Source: the human T2T-CHM13v2.0 reference genome, Homo sapiens. From it: DNA of 64,000 bases. The notes beneath the pieces were generated by a model. It saw only the letters and a program-made list of their open reading frames with translations, was not told the DNA's origin and did not search any database. This document shows, piece by piece, positions 1 through 64,000 of this stretch. The stretch is from assembly GCF_009914755.1 (NCBI RefSeq), contig NC_060936.1; one strand, written 5' to 3'. Position 1 is the first letter of the stretch. Each line of letters starts with the position of its first letter. The translations under genes were made by a program, and so were the position numbers.

Positions 1-905
<905 letters not shown>

Positions 906-929
906 TCACAAAAACAAAAACAAAAGCTA

Positions 930-1115
930 ACAGACATATTAGCTTAGGCCTACACAGGATCAGGATCATCAATATCACTGTCTTCCACCACCACATTTTG
1001 TCCCACTGGAAGGTTTTCTGGGGCAATAACACACATGGTGCTGTCATCTCCTATAACAATGCCTCCTTCTAGAATATCTCCTGAAGGATCTTCCTGAGGC
1101 TGTTTTACAGTTAAC
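930..1115. mobile_element. Tigger3 (MER7/Golem)-like DNA transposon fragment
   Basis: CACATATTAGCTTAGGCCTACACAGGATCAGGATCATCAATATCACTGTCTTCCAC...GAGGCTGTTTTACAGTTAAC resembles the Tigger3 consensus as I recall it. Confidence 0.7.
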
Positions 1116-1412
1116 TTTTTTTTTTTTTTGAGACAGATTCTCGCTCTGTTGCCCAGGCTGGAGTGCAGTGGCATGAACTTGGCTTACTGCAAGCTCTGCT
1201 TCCCAGTTCAAGCAATTCTCCTCCCTCAGTCTCCCGGGTAGCTGGGATTACAGGCGCGTGTCACCACACCTGGCTAATTTTTGTATTTCCTAGTAAAGAG
1301 GGGGTTTCACCACATTGGCCAGGCTGGTCTCGAACTCCTGACCTCAGGTTATCCACCCGCCTCGGCCTCCCAAAGTGCTGGGATTACAGGCATGAGCCAC
1401 TGAGCCTGGCCA
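1116..1412 (-). mobile_element. Alu (antisense)
   Basis: Poly-T followed by full reverse-complement Alu dimer. Confidence 0.9.
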
Positions 1413-1769
1413 ATAATGGTTTTTAAAGTATAGATTCCTGTAAGATATCTAAATTTACAAAGCATCAAACATCTCTGTATAAGCCAATTAAATCTCACAT
1501 ATAAAATCTCTATAATTTTATAGGGATCCTATGAAAGGGAACTCAGGCTGCTTTTGGTCTCACACTTGACTGGGGTGCTCAGTCAAGTACTCATTAACTG
1601 TTCAGCTGTGCGTGAGGCACTAATTATCCCCCATCTTCTGTTCTGCACATGACTTGCAGCCTCATTCAGTCAAATATTTGAGAATGTACTATGTCAGGGA
1701 CTGAGGATGCAATGATGATAAATACAATCCCAGGGCTTGAGGAGTTCATAGTTTAATAAGGAGGAGGGC

Positions 1770-3391
<1,622 letters not shown>

Positions 3392-3425
<34 letters not shown>

Positions 3426-3524
3426 CACATATTATTTGTGTGTGTGTATATATACATATATATGTGCATATATATACACACTATATATAGTATATATATA
3501 TACACACACATATATATGTATGTG

Positions 3525-3555
<31 letters not shown>

Positions 3556-3556
3556 G
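3392..3556. repeat. Compound (TA)n/(TG)n/(CA)n microsatellite derived from an Alu tail
   Basis: Dinucleotide low-complexity tract directly after an Alu A-tail. Confidence 0.9.
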
Positions 3557-4425
3557 AATAAAGGAAGGCTTCCCAGAGAGAATAACATTTAAGAGAGCCA
3601 AAGGCTAAGAAAAAGTTCATTAGGGGCCAGGCTCGGTGGCTCACGCCTGTAATCCTAGCACTTTGGGAGGCTGAAGCAGGCAGGTGGCTTTAGCTCAGGA
3701 GACCACCCTAGGTAACATAGTGAAACCCCGTTTCTATCAATTAAAAAAAAAGTTCATTAGGGGGTCAGGAAGTGTTCTAGGCAGAGGGACAAGCAGAGGC
3801 AAAGGACTGAGACTCAGACAGAATATGGTTCATCTGAAGAACTGAAAGAAGTTCAGTATAGCTGCAGCAATGAGTTTGATCAGAGTTGGAGAATGGAAAG
3901 ACATGACGCTGGAGTTAAGTAGGGCCAGATTATATGTGAGCTTATGAGTCAGGCTAAGAACTCTGAACTCTTGAGATAGTTCATTACAGCTGACTTCCCA
4001 CTCCTTTCATCTCCACCCCCACAGCTGGCTAGAGAAAAAGGCTGCGATAAATGAGGGTATGGAAACCAGAGGACATGTAAAAATTAAGTGACAGATCTTT
4101 TGGGTGTAAGTTCCTCTACATGTATCACTAATTTGCCCCACAATGCCATCTTGGGGTGGCATCTAAGAAGGTGAAATTTCAAAAGAGTTGTCCTAGGTGC
4201 AGCTGTGAAATAAGATTATCTTCAGAAACAGTAAGGAAGGTACAGAACTCCCGTTGCTATTCAGCACACTAATGGCAACATATAAATTAACATGTCAAGT
4301 TAAATTTGTTCTAAGTTTCATTTGATTATAACACTAATTCGTCTACTGAAGTCTCAGCAAACATGCAGAAATTAGTGTTGCTAATTTGGTCATAAACTCA
4401 CAATTTTTAAAAATTAAATACCTCT

Positions 4426-5456
<1,031 letters not shown>

Positions 5457-5470
5457 TTAAAAGAAATATT

Positions 5471-6075
<605 letters not shown>

Positions 6076-6173
6076 ATCACTCCCAATACTTGTCTTCCTG
6101 TGCCAAACTCAGGAGATACAATATCTACTAGGAGCTGAAAATAAGGAGGCAAAGCCAGACATGTCTACTTGTG

Positions 6174-6179
6174 TTTATT
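6174..6179 (-). terminator. PYM1 polyadenylation signal AATAAA
   Basis: TTTATT on + strand ~440 nt downstream of the PYM1 stop. Confidence 0.75.
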
Positions 6180-6616
6180 CTCATTTTTGCTTTTTTTAAA
6201 AAAAAAAAAAAAATGAGGGATGGAGAGGGAAATAACCCATAAACACCGCGAACAGGAACCAAGACTCCAAGACTTGGGCATACTCCCTCTACCCTCAGCC
6301 TCAGTTCTCCAAGAGATTCCCACCCACCTGATTTTCTTTTAAACAAGACACCCAAATCAGCAGCAAAGGTACCTGGGGTAGTCACTGAGATTTTGAACAC
6401 TGGGAATGGGAGGGGGAAAGTCCAAAAAGTAGAAGTTGGGAAGAAAAGGGAAGGATTGAGGGAGACGCTAGGCTCTGGAGGACAGAGCTGGGCCGCAGGA
6501 GGTGGAAGTAAGCCAGTATGGGGGGTACCCCTCCTGACTGCTGTTGCCCGTATTCCCCCAGACCCCAGAGAGCCCCACGGTTTGTTCTGCAGTCCATTCC
6601 CTATTCCCCAAAGGCC

Positions 6617-32823
<26,207 letters not shown>

Positions 32824-33458
32824 GGCCGAAGAGGCAGCGGACCAGGTTGGGCGGGCGGCCCTGGCCTGGCTCTGCCCCGCTGGGCGGCGCCGGGGATTCG
32901 GCGGCGAAGTGATGAGGGCCCTAGTTGCTTCTCGCCCAGACCTCCTAACCCTGAGTGCCTCCTCGGGCTGGGCCCTAGGGTCAGAGGGCAGGGTGAAAGC
33001 TTCTGGGCGGACCTACTTAGTATTCTAATTAAACTCGTCCAACCGCTGAGGATCTAAAGCGGGGCAACTCGCCAATAATCCGGTCCCGTAGTGTCACTCC
33101 ATTTGTAGTCCTGCCCTGCGCCGTACCTCCCTATTCTGCAGACGAACCCATATGGTCTCCCTCCGCCGCCCATTTCAGCAACTGTTGTTCCTTCAGGGCT
33201 AAGTCCTGTTAAACTTGTTTCCCCTACAGCCTGAGAGGAGCCCGGCTGCAGGTTCCTCTCCTCAGGTGTCAACTCTGCCCTCCTCCACCCTCATATAGCT
33301 TTTTCCTTATCAACCCTTTTACCTTCCTGCTTATATCCCCACTTTGGCTTAGTTTAATGTCCAGCAGTACCCCTGGAACCAGGGAGGAGGCAGGAGGTAA
33401 GTATTGGTGACTACCTCCAACACTAGGCAGCATGTCCCATTTAAAAAACAAAACAAAA

Positions 33459-33737
33459 CCCAGGCGCGGTTGCTCACGCCTGTAATCCCAGCACTTTGGG
33501 AGGCCAAGGCGGGTGGATCACGAGGTCCGGAGTTCAAGACCAACCTGGCCAAGATGGCGAAACCCCGTCTCTACTAAAAATACAAAAAAATTAGCCGGGC
33601 GTGGTGGCGGGTGCCTGTAATCTCAGCTACTCGGGAGGCTGAGGCAGAGAATTTCTTGAATCTGGGAGGCGGAGGTTGCAGTGAGCCAAGATCGCTCCAC
33701 TGCACTCCAGCTTGGACGACAGAGTGGGACCCCGTCT

Positions 33738-33775
<38 letters not shown>

Positions 33776-34225
33776 ACTGAGCAATGGCTGACTAGGACCT
33801 TTATAAGACAAATTAGGCCTCAGAAGTTTTCTGGGGGCCGCAGCTTGCCTTCCTTCCCATCCTCCATGTCTGTGACTTCCACTAGAGGCCAATTCAGAAT
33901 GTCTGGGGGTGGGGCTCATTTAAAAAGTATTTCCAGGCCGGGTGCGGTGTCTCATGCCTGTAATCCCAGCACTTTGGGAGGCCCAGGTGGGCAGATCACT
34001 TGAGGTCAGGAGTTCGAGACCAGCCATGGCCAACATGGTGAAATCCCATCTCTACTAAAAATACAAAAATTAGCCGGGTGTGGTGGCGAGTGCCTGTAAT
34101 CCCAGCTACTCGGGAGGCTGAGGAATGAACCTGGGAGGTGGAGGTTGCAGTGAGCCAAGATCGTGCCACTGCACTCCAGCTTGTATTATAGAGCAAGACT
34201 CAGTCTCAAAATAAATAAATAAAAA
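33459..34225 (+). mobile_element. Two sense Alus between the PYM1 and DGKA promoters
   Basis: CpG-rich Alu with a long A-tail (33459-33768) and a second Alu (33936-34225). Confidence 0.9.
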
Positions 34226-35359
34226 GTATTTGCATACGATACACTGTTATTGCAAGTGTTGTGACACTGTGGTCTTAAACCCTTGCTCTCTTTTCACCGA
34301 TTGTACTTCAGCCCTGCAGGGTCTAACATCTTGTCCTTAACCTTGTTATGATTAGACGTGAGAGTGTGGGATGAAGCCTCTAAGAACTAATGGGATACGT
34401 TGGTCTTGACTGAACTACCTCAGGAGTGGTCTCTGCAGCTTTCAGAGGCTGCTCAATAGACCTTTGTGCAGGAGGGAAACCTAAAGTCGCCCCTGTTCAC
34501 TACCAACCCTAGGCCCCCTTCCCACCCCCAGACATCCTGCCTCAGCACTAGGGTTGACAGGAAGTGAAACTCAATTGTCTGCTTAGTAGACCTGCCTGGG
34601 ACCCAACCCGGGGCCCCGGATGTGGCCCCCCACCCTGAGGAGGAACAGGGCAAAAAAGGCCGGGGAGAACAGGCTGTTGTTTTTTCCTTTCCCTTTGTTC
34701 ATTGCGGTTTCTTTCTTTCTGATTTTTATGATGTGGTTGATTAAAGAAATGAGCACCTGGAACCGTAGGCATTAAACGCCTCCTTCTTAGATGTTTCTTG
34801 GCTTTTCTTCCCCCACCCACACCCCCCAGTAACTGACTTGGGGTATGATGGAGCACAGATCCTAAAGAAGACACAAAGAAGTCTAGAGTAAGACTGATTC
34901 CACCTTATTCCTTATTCGAGAGATAACATTACACCCCACTTTGAAGTACCAAAAACTATCTTAAAAGGAGTGTCTTCAACTTTATTTAGGGACATATCTA
35001 AAGACGATAGAGTGAGAAACACAGGTAATACATAGGGTGGCATTACTTTGAGCATTCTTTGCAAGGAAAGCTGAGTGCCTTAGAGATTAATATCGTTCCA
35101 AGATTTCTAAATGAAAGATCCAGGGACAGAAAACTGATAGGCAGAGGTGTTAGGGGACCTATTCTTACATTGTATGTTTGTTTAAAGTAGCTCAGAGCAG
35201 AGAGGCTTTACACACATTGCACCACTCATTGATATAGTCCCTAAACTGGACTATGTTTTTGCTTGTATTGCAGAACTAAGTACAGGACTTAGTGTATAAA
35301 AGGCCTTCAGAAGAGTTTGTTTACTATGACTAAGGAGGTCATAGAGGAAGGAGAGATGA

Positions 35360-35727
<368 letters not shown>

Positions 35728-36223
35728 TTTGGCCCTTGTCTTTTTATGATTGGGGGTGAGAGGGTGAGACTTGGAGGGGCACAGGAGCAGAGAGACAGAC
35801 CCCTCTTCAACCTATGCCCGAAATCTCCAGTTTGGATACAACAATACTCCCAAACCCTATTACTCAGCAGCTATATTTCTGGCAAATGTGGAGGAGTCTG
35901 TTCCAACAAGCCTGTCTTGAAACAATCAAGAACTGCTTAGATATCCCTGTTTCCACTAGAGGGCCTCATGTATTCATTCCCTTTCCAACCCCCACCAAAA
36001 GTATGTATATATTATGTGTGTGTATGTATGCATACACAATACCCACACATGCATATACCCTTCTAGTCAGAGGTCTCCCCTCCCCCTTCTTCCCACCCCC
36101 AGGTGTAAGAAGGACGATTCCAGGAACCTAAGGCTTTGTTACTCTGCCCCATTTTCAATGAAGGGTAGGAGGGAGTTAGACAGGGGTTGGGGCGGGGCCA
36201 GTGAGCAGGATGCCTGGGTCTCC

Positions 36224-36406
36224 AGTTCCTGCCAGTGAGTCCCTAGGCCTCCATCTCTCTCCCTTGCTGTACCACCTTCACCACCATCCATGCGACCCCA
36301 AGAGCCTTAATGACTCTAGAAGAGACTCCAGGCAGGGGAAGCTGAAAGGACCTTTCACTCCCTACTTTTGGCCAGGGCCTTCTGTGCCACCTGCCAAGAC
36401 CAGCAG
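36224..36406 (+). other. DGKA: Putative DGKA 5' non-coding first exon (start approximate)
   Basis: Preceded by GC box GGGGCGGGG (~36190); ends in donor CAG|GTAAAG. The start site cannot be fixed from sequence. Confidence 0.6.
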
Positions 36407-36749
36407 GTAAAGTGGGAGGATGAGGGCGTGGAGAAAGGGTGGACATAGACCAAAGTGCAAAACTCCACCCTAGAATTAAGGAGAGAACATGAGTCTTGAC
36501 AGGAGGTGTCCTTAGACTGGGGAAAATAGGTCTAAAAGGAAAGAGGAACGTGAAGAAGGTGGGGAGATTGTCTCAAGCAGGGTAGAGCCCGGGGCGGGAG
36601 GGAGGTGTTTGGTCAGGTTGTGGAGTTTGGGACTCTGGGCTTGCCCCCGTGGGATCTCCTGAGTGTGAAGTCAGTGGTGGATGGAAGGGAGTTGGTTAGG
36701 GAAGTTCAGGATGGCAGCAATCAGGAGAGAATGAGACGTTGGTTGGGTG

Positions 36750-37520
36750 CCCAACTGCCGAGCTGTTCTGTTAGCGGCCCGCCCGGTATCTTGGTCTCCC
36801 AGGTTTGGGATGAAGGGAGAGGCTGTGAGTGATTAGAAAGAAGGGAAAATAGAAGCAGAGCTGCCGCCGGCGCGGGAAGAAGATGAGGAGCGCAGCAAAT
36901 GGAGAAAATGTGTCCAAAGCCCCGGACATATTCGAGGGAGGGTGGAGCAGGTTATGGTGAACTGGAAACCTAGAAACGGGCCTCTCCAACTTCGAAGTTC
37001 CCAGAGTCGGGGGCGCCGGGCGCGGGCGCGGCGGGCAGGCTGGGGTGGGGGGCGGGCAGCTATGTCGTCAGGAACGGGGCGGCCCCGCTGCGGCCGCGTC
37101 TGCCTGGCCCGTCCCCTCCAGCCCAGCTCGGGCTCCAGCTCCAGCGCCGGCGCTTCAGCTGCGACCGCGAGCCCTCTCAAGCAAGGTAGAGACCCCGCGA
37201 GCCCCCCAGCGCCCCACCCTCCCCCATCGGAAAAGGACAGGGGTAGGGAAGCCGAGGACCCACGGGCTGCGTTCGTGCTGCTGGGTCGGGAAGGAGGAAG
37301 CGTGACAGCTGGAGCGGGTATCGAGAAGGGTCTGCGCTGGGACGCGGGGGTGCAGCGGGAGGGCTGGGCCCGAACCCGGTGGGTAACGTTTCCCAGACCT
37401 TCCCCTCCATCCCTCCCGCTCATTCGGAGGGATGGTGAAGCCCGGTTCCTGGGACCCGACTCGGAGGGAAGTCCTCTTCGGAACCTCCACAGTGCCGCAC
37501 GGGTGGAGAAGGGTTCTTGT
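36750..37520. promoter_or_regulatory. CpG island / DGKA promoter with non-coding exon ending at 37185
   Basis: CpG-rich with several GGGCGG boxes; donor AAG|GTAGAG at 37185/37186. Confidence 0.75.
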
Positions 37521-37754
37521 TTGGCCTCCAGGTCCCCAACTTCCCACCCCATCCTCTCCCCACCTGTCACTGGGAAGTTTCTGAAAATACCTGAGTCTGA
37601 ATCTCACTTTTCACCTTGATAGGAGAAATGAGCCTTCCTGAGGAAGAATGGCAAATATTACTGGGCATCTCTTCAGCCTCAGCACAGACAAGCCCACATC
37701 CCCCAACCATGCCAGTATCGTAACTTCCTCCTATACTACGCAATGACACCCTCT

Positions 37755-37766
37755 ACACACACACAC

Positions 37767-37803
<37 letters not shown>
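37755..37803. repeat. (AC)n microsatellite in DGKA intron 1
   Basis: ~24 AC units with one interruption. Confidence 0.95.
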
Positions 37804-37804
<1 letters not shown>

Positions 37805-39418
37805 CCCCCTCAGCCAGGTGTAGCACTGCAGTCTTCAGTGTTTGTGGAGGCTTAATAAGTTTTGAGGCTTCAAGCAAATGATTCCCTCTTGAGGGCTACC
37901 TACTAGCAGCAACGGTCAGGGAGAGGAGGAGGATACAGTCTATGATGTGATTAAGGAATTCAGAAGTCCAGGTAATCAGGCCTGGGCCCTCAAATTCGGG
38001 GCTCCTGCCCCTCTGGGGCAGCCTCAATATTCTGGAGACATAGCTATTTCCTGAGTAATGGTCGACTTAAAGGACTTGGAATGTGAGCAATGAACGCTTA
38101 AGTGAAAAAAGGAAACTTTAAATACTAACACAGGCTTTGGAAACAATATTTATCTCTTGGTTAAAATTTTAGTATTTGATGTTTAAAATTAGATCCAGAG
38201 AGCCATGAGCTCTAAGATTTAGTGGAATGTACTAAGGATGGGTGTCTAGAGTCTGACTGTGCCCTTAAGAGAGTAATTCTCTCTCTATGCCTCAATTTCC
38301 TCCTCTGTAAAATACGAGGGTTGGTGACTCCCAGCTCTGTGGATGTTCTAAGATTCTCTGCCTCCAAGTCAACTTCTTCCTTTCTCGCCCCAATTGGGTA
38401 GGGGCGGGCAGGGAAACCAGAGGAGGGAAGGGAAGGGTGAGTCACAAATAGCTGGCAGGCTGGCAGCAGACCCCACCCTCCCAGCCCTGGCCTTCGCCTA
38501 GACTAGCCCAGGTTATAGCCTCAGGGTTGGGATGGACCTGGAGGAAAAAAAATGGACTTGTTCTAGGTCTTCAAGTCCCCAGGATCCCACAGTTTGCTGC
38601 CCTTCAGCTCCAGGGATAGCTAAACTTTCAGTCAGAGAAGTCAAGAAAACCACTGAAAAGATCCCAGGAGCACTCGTTTCCAAGATTCCAGCCCAGGGGT
38701 GTCCTTGAACCCTGAGAGTCTAGCTCTAGCCACCTCGTCATCCTCCCAGAGGCAAAGTTCAGAATCCTGATACTACATGTTTGCACCTGACAGATATATT
38801 AATAACAAGGGGTAAGACGTACAACTGGGCTTCACTGATGCTAGCAGTCCCTGAAATTTATGCCTTCCTGGTTCAAAGACATCATTTTTCCTAATCTCCA
38901 GAAATGTTTCTCTAGGTACTACCCTTGTGTAATAATGATAATAGCTGATGTTCATTGAGTTCTTATTCTGTGCCATGCTGTTTGCTAAGTACATTGCATA
39001 TATCATCTTATTTAATGCCCACATTGCGACTGATTTCTGTAGGTGCCCACTTTACTGATGAGAAAACTGAGGCTCAGGGAGATGAAATGACCTTTTAAAG
39101 AGCTAGGATTCTGATCCTTGCCTGTCCAATTTGCAAGTCCATTCTCTTAACTTCTACTGTATACTACTTCTCCAGGTTTAAGACCTGGGGAGCTAGGAAG
39201 GAGCAAGAAAGAGTTAGATCATTGTAAAAAGAGAGGCAGAGAAGAAGCCTGTCCTCTCTCCTTTGCATTGTAACTTGTTTGCTCCCTCCTTGTCACTTTC
39301 TCCCTCAGATTCCATTTCCTAGAACTTTGGAGTCATCTTAGAATCCCCAGGGGTAATCAGAGAGGCTAATTAAGCTATAGAGGCCCCATTAGCCATAAGA
39401 CTATTAGTATTCATTAGG

Positions 39419-40745
39419 TCTGTTGGCAGCAGAAGTTGGACTATGGTCATTGAAAAGTGCCAGATGGGTAGAGTCCTTTCTCTAGGATGTCAGTATCCCA
39501 GAACCCTCTTCTGAGTGTTCCCAGAGAGCTGCTGGAATAGGAATGGTGTGCTGCATAAAAGTAGGCAGCAGAGATGTCCCAAGGGAAGAGGCTGCAGAGA
39601 AAGTTCTTGCATCATCAGAAAGGAAAAGGGCTAGGCTGTTCTTGAACACCCAAACTGCTTCCCTTACCCAACAAGCCCTAAATGAGTGGGTGGAGATCAG
39701 GGTGTTTGATGGGGTAGTCAATAAGTGCTTTTCAGCATCATTCATTTATTTAACAAATATTTATTTAGCACCTACTCTATGTACTACAAATTATCTCCTT
39801 TCCTCTGACTGTCAGGTGGACACTCTGGCATCCTATTCCCATGTAACCATATTTGGATTAATAGCCCCAAATTATGAATCCCCAGCTTTACACAATCATG
39901 TGTACAACCAATATTCAGCACCCACTACATACTGGGAAGGGTATCCCAGGCAGACAGAACAGTAAGACTCATTGCTTTGAGCAGGGGAGAGCTTGGCATG
40001 CCTGAGGAACAGAAAGGAGCACAGTGAGACCAGATGGCGGGGTGTGAGGAGAGAGTGGAACAAGAGGAGGGCAGAGGGACAAACAGAGGCACTACCACAT
40101 GGCCTTGGGCTGGAGCCTTGGATTTTCCATCTATCAACTGCCTTAGGAAATCCAAGCTTCTCTGAGCTCCAGTTTCTTCATCTGTAGAATGGTTATGCCA
40201 ATAATTTCCTATGTCTGATGATTTGATTCTAATTGTTAGTACAATAATAACTAGCATTTCTTGTAGGCCTCCTAAATGTCAGGCATTGTATGAGTGACTT
40301 TTCATATATTGTTTTACGTAAGCCACACAACTGTGAAAAATGGTTCTCATTCTCCCCATTTTGCAGATATAACTTCCCCAAGTCACACAGTGGTATCAGA
40401 GCTAAGAATGGGACCCAGATATGACTGATCTAGTTCTGTTCCAAAACCGTGCTGTATTATATTAACGTAAGATATGTTATTATCATTACTGAATCAAGGA
40501 AAGTCGCCCACTGCACCTTGGTCCCTGGATCCAGTAGCCAAAACCTGGGGCTCCCTAAGCACTGCTGACCTAGCGGAGTGGAAGGAAGTTCCCAGGAGCC
40601 GAGACACTAGCACTCGGCTCCATCGTCCCAGGACTGGGAAACACTAGATCTGTTGGCAGCAGAAGTTGGATTATAGTCATTGAAAAGTGCCAGATGGGTA
40701 GAGTCCTTTCTCTAGGATGTCAGTATCCCAGAACCCTCTTCTGAG
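39419..40745 (+). repeat. Dispersed direct duplication of 97 bp (39419-39515 and 40649-40745)
   Basis: 95/97 identity by direct comparison. Confidence 0.95.
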
Positions 40746-40789
40746 GAAGAGACTCTGTGGGTACCCAGAGTCTCTTCCCCTGCCTCTTC

Positions 40790-41070
40790 CCTACCCCGCG
40801 CCTAGTTCCCCACCCTTCCCTAGTGGAGCTCCGCGGAACGCAGTCCAGGCGGGGCCGGGGCTAGGGACCTTGCCAGAGCTGGTTCTGTGTCGCGCGTCAG
40901 AAGCGCTAGAGGTCGTTGCGTGGCGTGGGTGGCTCGGGGAGTGGGTGGCTGAGCGGAGCTGGGGTCCCTGGCCAGAGGCGGAACAAAATGGGGTCATGGC
41001 CAGGAAGACGCGCTAACGCAGTAAGAGTCACTCAGAGGGCCGGAACTGCCGGAACTGCCGAAGACCCGAG
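40790..41070 (+). promoter_or_regulatory. Small intragenic CpG-rich element; candidate proximal DGKA promoter and first exon (donor after 41020)
   Basis: Local CpG cluster, GC box ~40848-40855, donor GCA|GTAAGA. Confidence 0.55.
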
Positions 41071-41565
41071 ATGGGAGAGAGCTCAGGATGGGGAGAGTCT
41101 GCAGAGATTGACGATGGTGGAAGAAAGCGCAGAAACAGACAAGGGACACACCCACAGAAACATATATAGACTGAGAAAGCCGGGTGCGGGTGGGAAGGTG
41201 AGGGTGGTCAGATGAATCAAGATAGGTTGGGGGAGAGGGAGAAGGATCCAGAAATGGAGAGACAGAGATGAGTCAGAGAAACAGAGACAGAGGACAGACA
41301 CTGTCAGGGAAGGTAGAGGCATAGGGAAGAGGGACACAGGGAAAGGAAGATGTTTAGGGAGGGACTAGGAGAGAAGGAAAGAACAAAAAATAATAGTGGG
41401 AGTAGAGACAGAATGGAACAGACAGAAGAAAAGACACCCAGACAGCTGGCTCTTCCCACTGTACGCTCTGTCACCTTTCCCCAGGCCTACCCTCTGAAGA
41501 GGTCCAAGCAACGGAAGTACTACTACGAAGCTGCCTTTCTGGCCATCCTTGAGAAAAATAGACAG

Positions 41566-58830
<17,265 letters not shown>

Positions 58831-59047
58831 GGGGGACACCCTTGGCCTCCAAGCCAGCCTTGAACCCACCTCCCTGTCCCTGGACTCTACTCCCGAGGCT
58901 CTGTACATTGCTGCCACATACTCCTGCCAGCTTGGGGGAGTGTTCCTTCACCCTCACAGTATTTATTATCCTGCACCACCTCACTGTTCCCCATGCGCAC
59001 ACACATACACACACCCCAAAACACATACATTGAAAGTGCCTCATCTG

Positions 59048-59053
59048 AATAAA
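59048..59053 (+). terminator. DGKA polyadenylation signal AATAAA
   Basis: Canonical hexamer ~220 nt after the stop, followed by a U/GU-rich tract. Confidence 0.8.
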
Positions 59054-59180
59054 ATGACTTGTGTTTCCCCTTTGGGATCTGCTAAGTAAGTGGTACACTT
59101 CCTTCTTTTATACCTTCACTCCTTAAATGACGTAGATTCTCCCAAGAAGCAACAGAAAAACCAGCATCAGGCTCTGAGTA

Positions 59181-59186
59181 TTTATT
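59181..59186 (-). terminator. PMEL polyadenylation signal AATAAA
   Basis: TTTATT on + strand ~90 nt past the PMEL stop. Confidence 0.8.
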
Positions 59187-59275
59187 TCAGTTAATAGTAG
59201 TCTCCCAGGGAAGACTGGGGGAAATATAGGTGTTTCTGTCAACTCCAGGAAAATCACAGCATCATATGAGAGTAC

Positions 59276-63669
<4,394 letters not shown>

Positions 63670-63850
63670 CTGAAAGATAAATACAGAGTCACTCTCAAAC
63701 CCTGGCATTCTTTTTTGTATATCAAAACCCCTAAAATTGCTCCCAGGGTATCAGAGAGGGGCTCTGGGAATATTCCCTAGCTAGAAAGTACATTCTCCAT
63801 GATATAACCATTTGGGGTGGTAGTTGGGGGTTGAGGGTGTGGAAACTACA

Positions 63851-64000
<150 letters not shown>

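Noticed and set aside
36833-37619. Overlapping 225-245 aa ORFs on both strands (similar ones at 31.7-33 kb)
   Set aside because: Expected from stop-codon scarcity in GC-rich CpG islands; low-complexity Arg/Gly/Pro/Ala sequence with no domain.
41350-41565. Unspliced upstream ATG at 41350 in frame with DGKA
   Set aside because: Lies in purine-rich intronic sequence upstream of the exon-2 acceptor, with no promoter evidence; the spliced 40988 start is the better candidate.

Overview
Human genomic DNA that I recognise as the PYM1(WIBG)-DGKA-PMEL locus (chr12q13.2). It is very Alu-rich. Left to right it contains: (1) a 5'-truncated processed GSTP1 pseudogene (+, ~5045-5456); (2) the complete PYM1 gene (-, 3 exons, two alternative first coding exons giving 204 or 203 aa); (3) CpG-island promoters for PYM1 and DGKA arranged divergently; (4) the complete DGKA coding region (+, 23 coding exons summing to 2208 nt = 735 aa + stop); (5) exons 4-11 of PMEL (-), tail-to-tail with DGKA. 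Intergenic and intronic DNA is mostly Alu, with Charlie1 and Tigger3 DNA-transposon relics, a MER4-type solo LTR, MLT1, L1, L2 and MIR. I do not see a wholly new multi-gene system. The best leads are: a candidate DGKA first exon giving a 38-aa in-frame N-terminal extension; a stop-free in-frame DGKA intron that splits EF-hand 1; a 49-bp copy of a DGKA C1-domain exon inside intron 2, plus a separate 97-bp dispersed duplication; a palindromic AT-rich 29-bp minisatellite grown inside an Alu tail; and one L1 target site used three times at the GSTP1 pseudogene. Repeat subfamily names and reference protein comparisons are from memory and were not searched.
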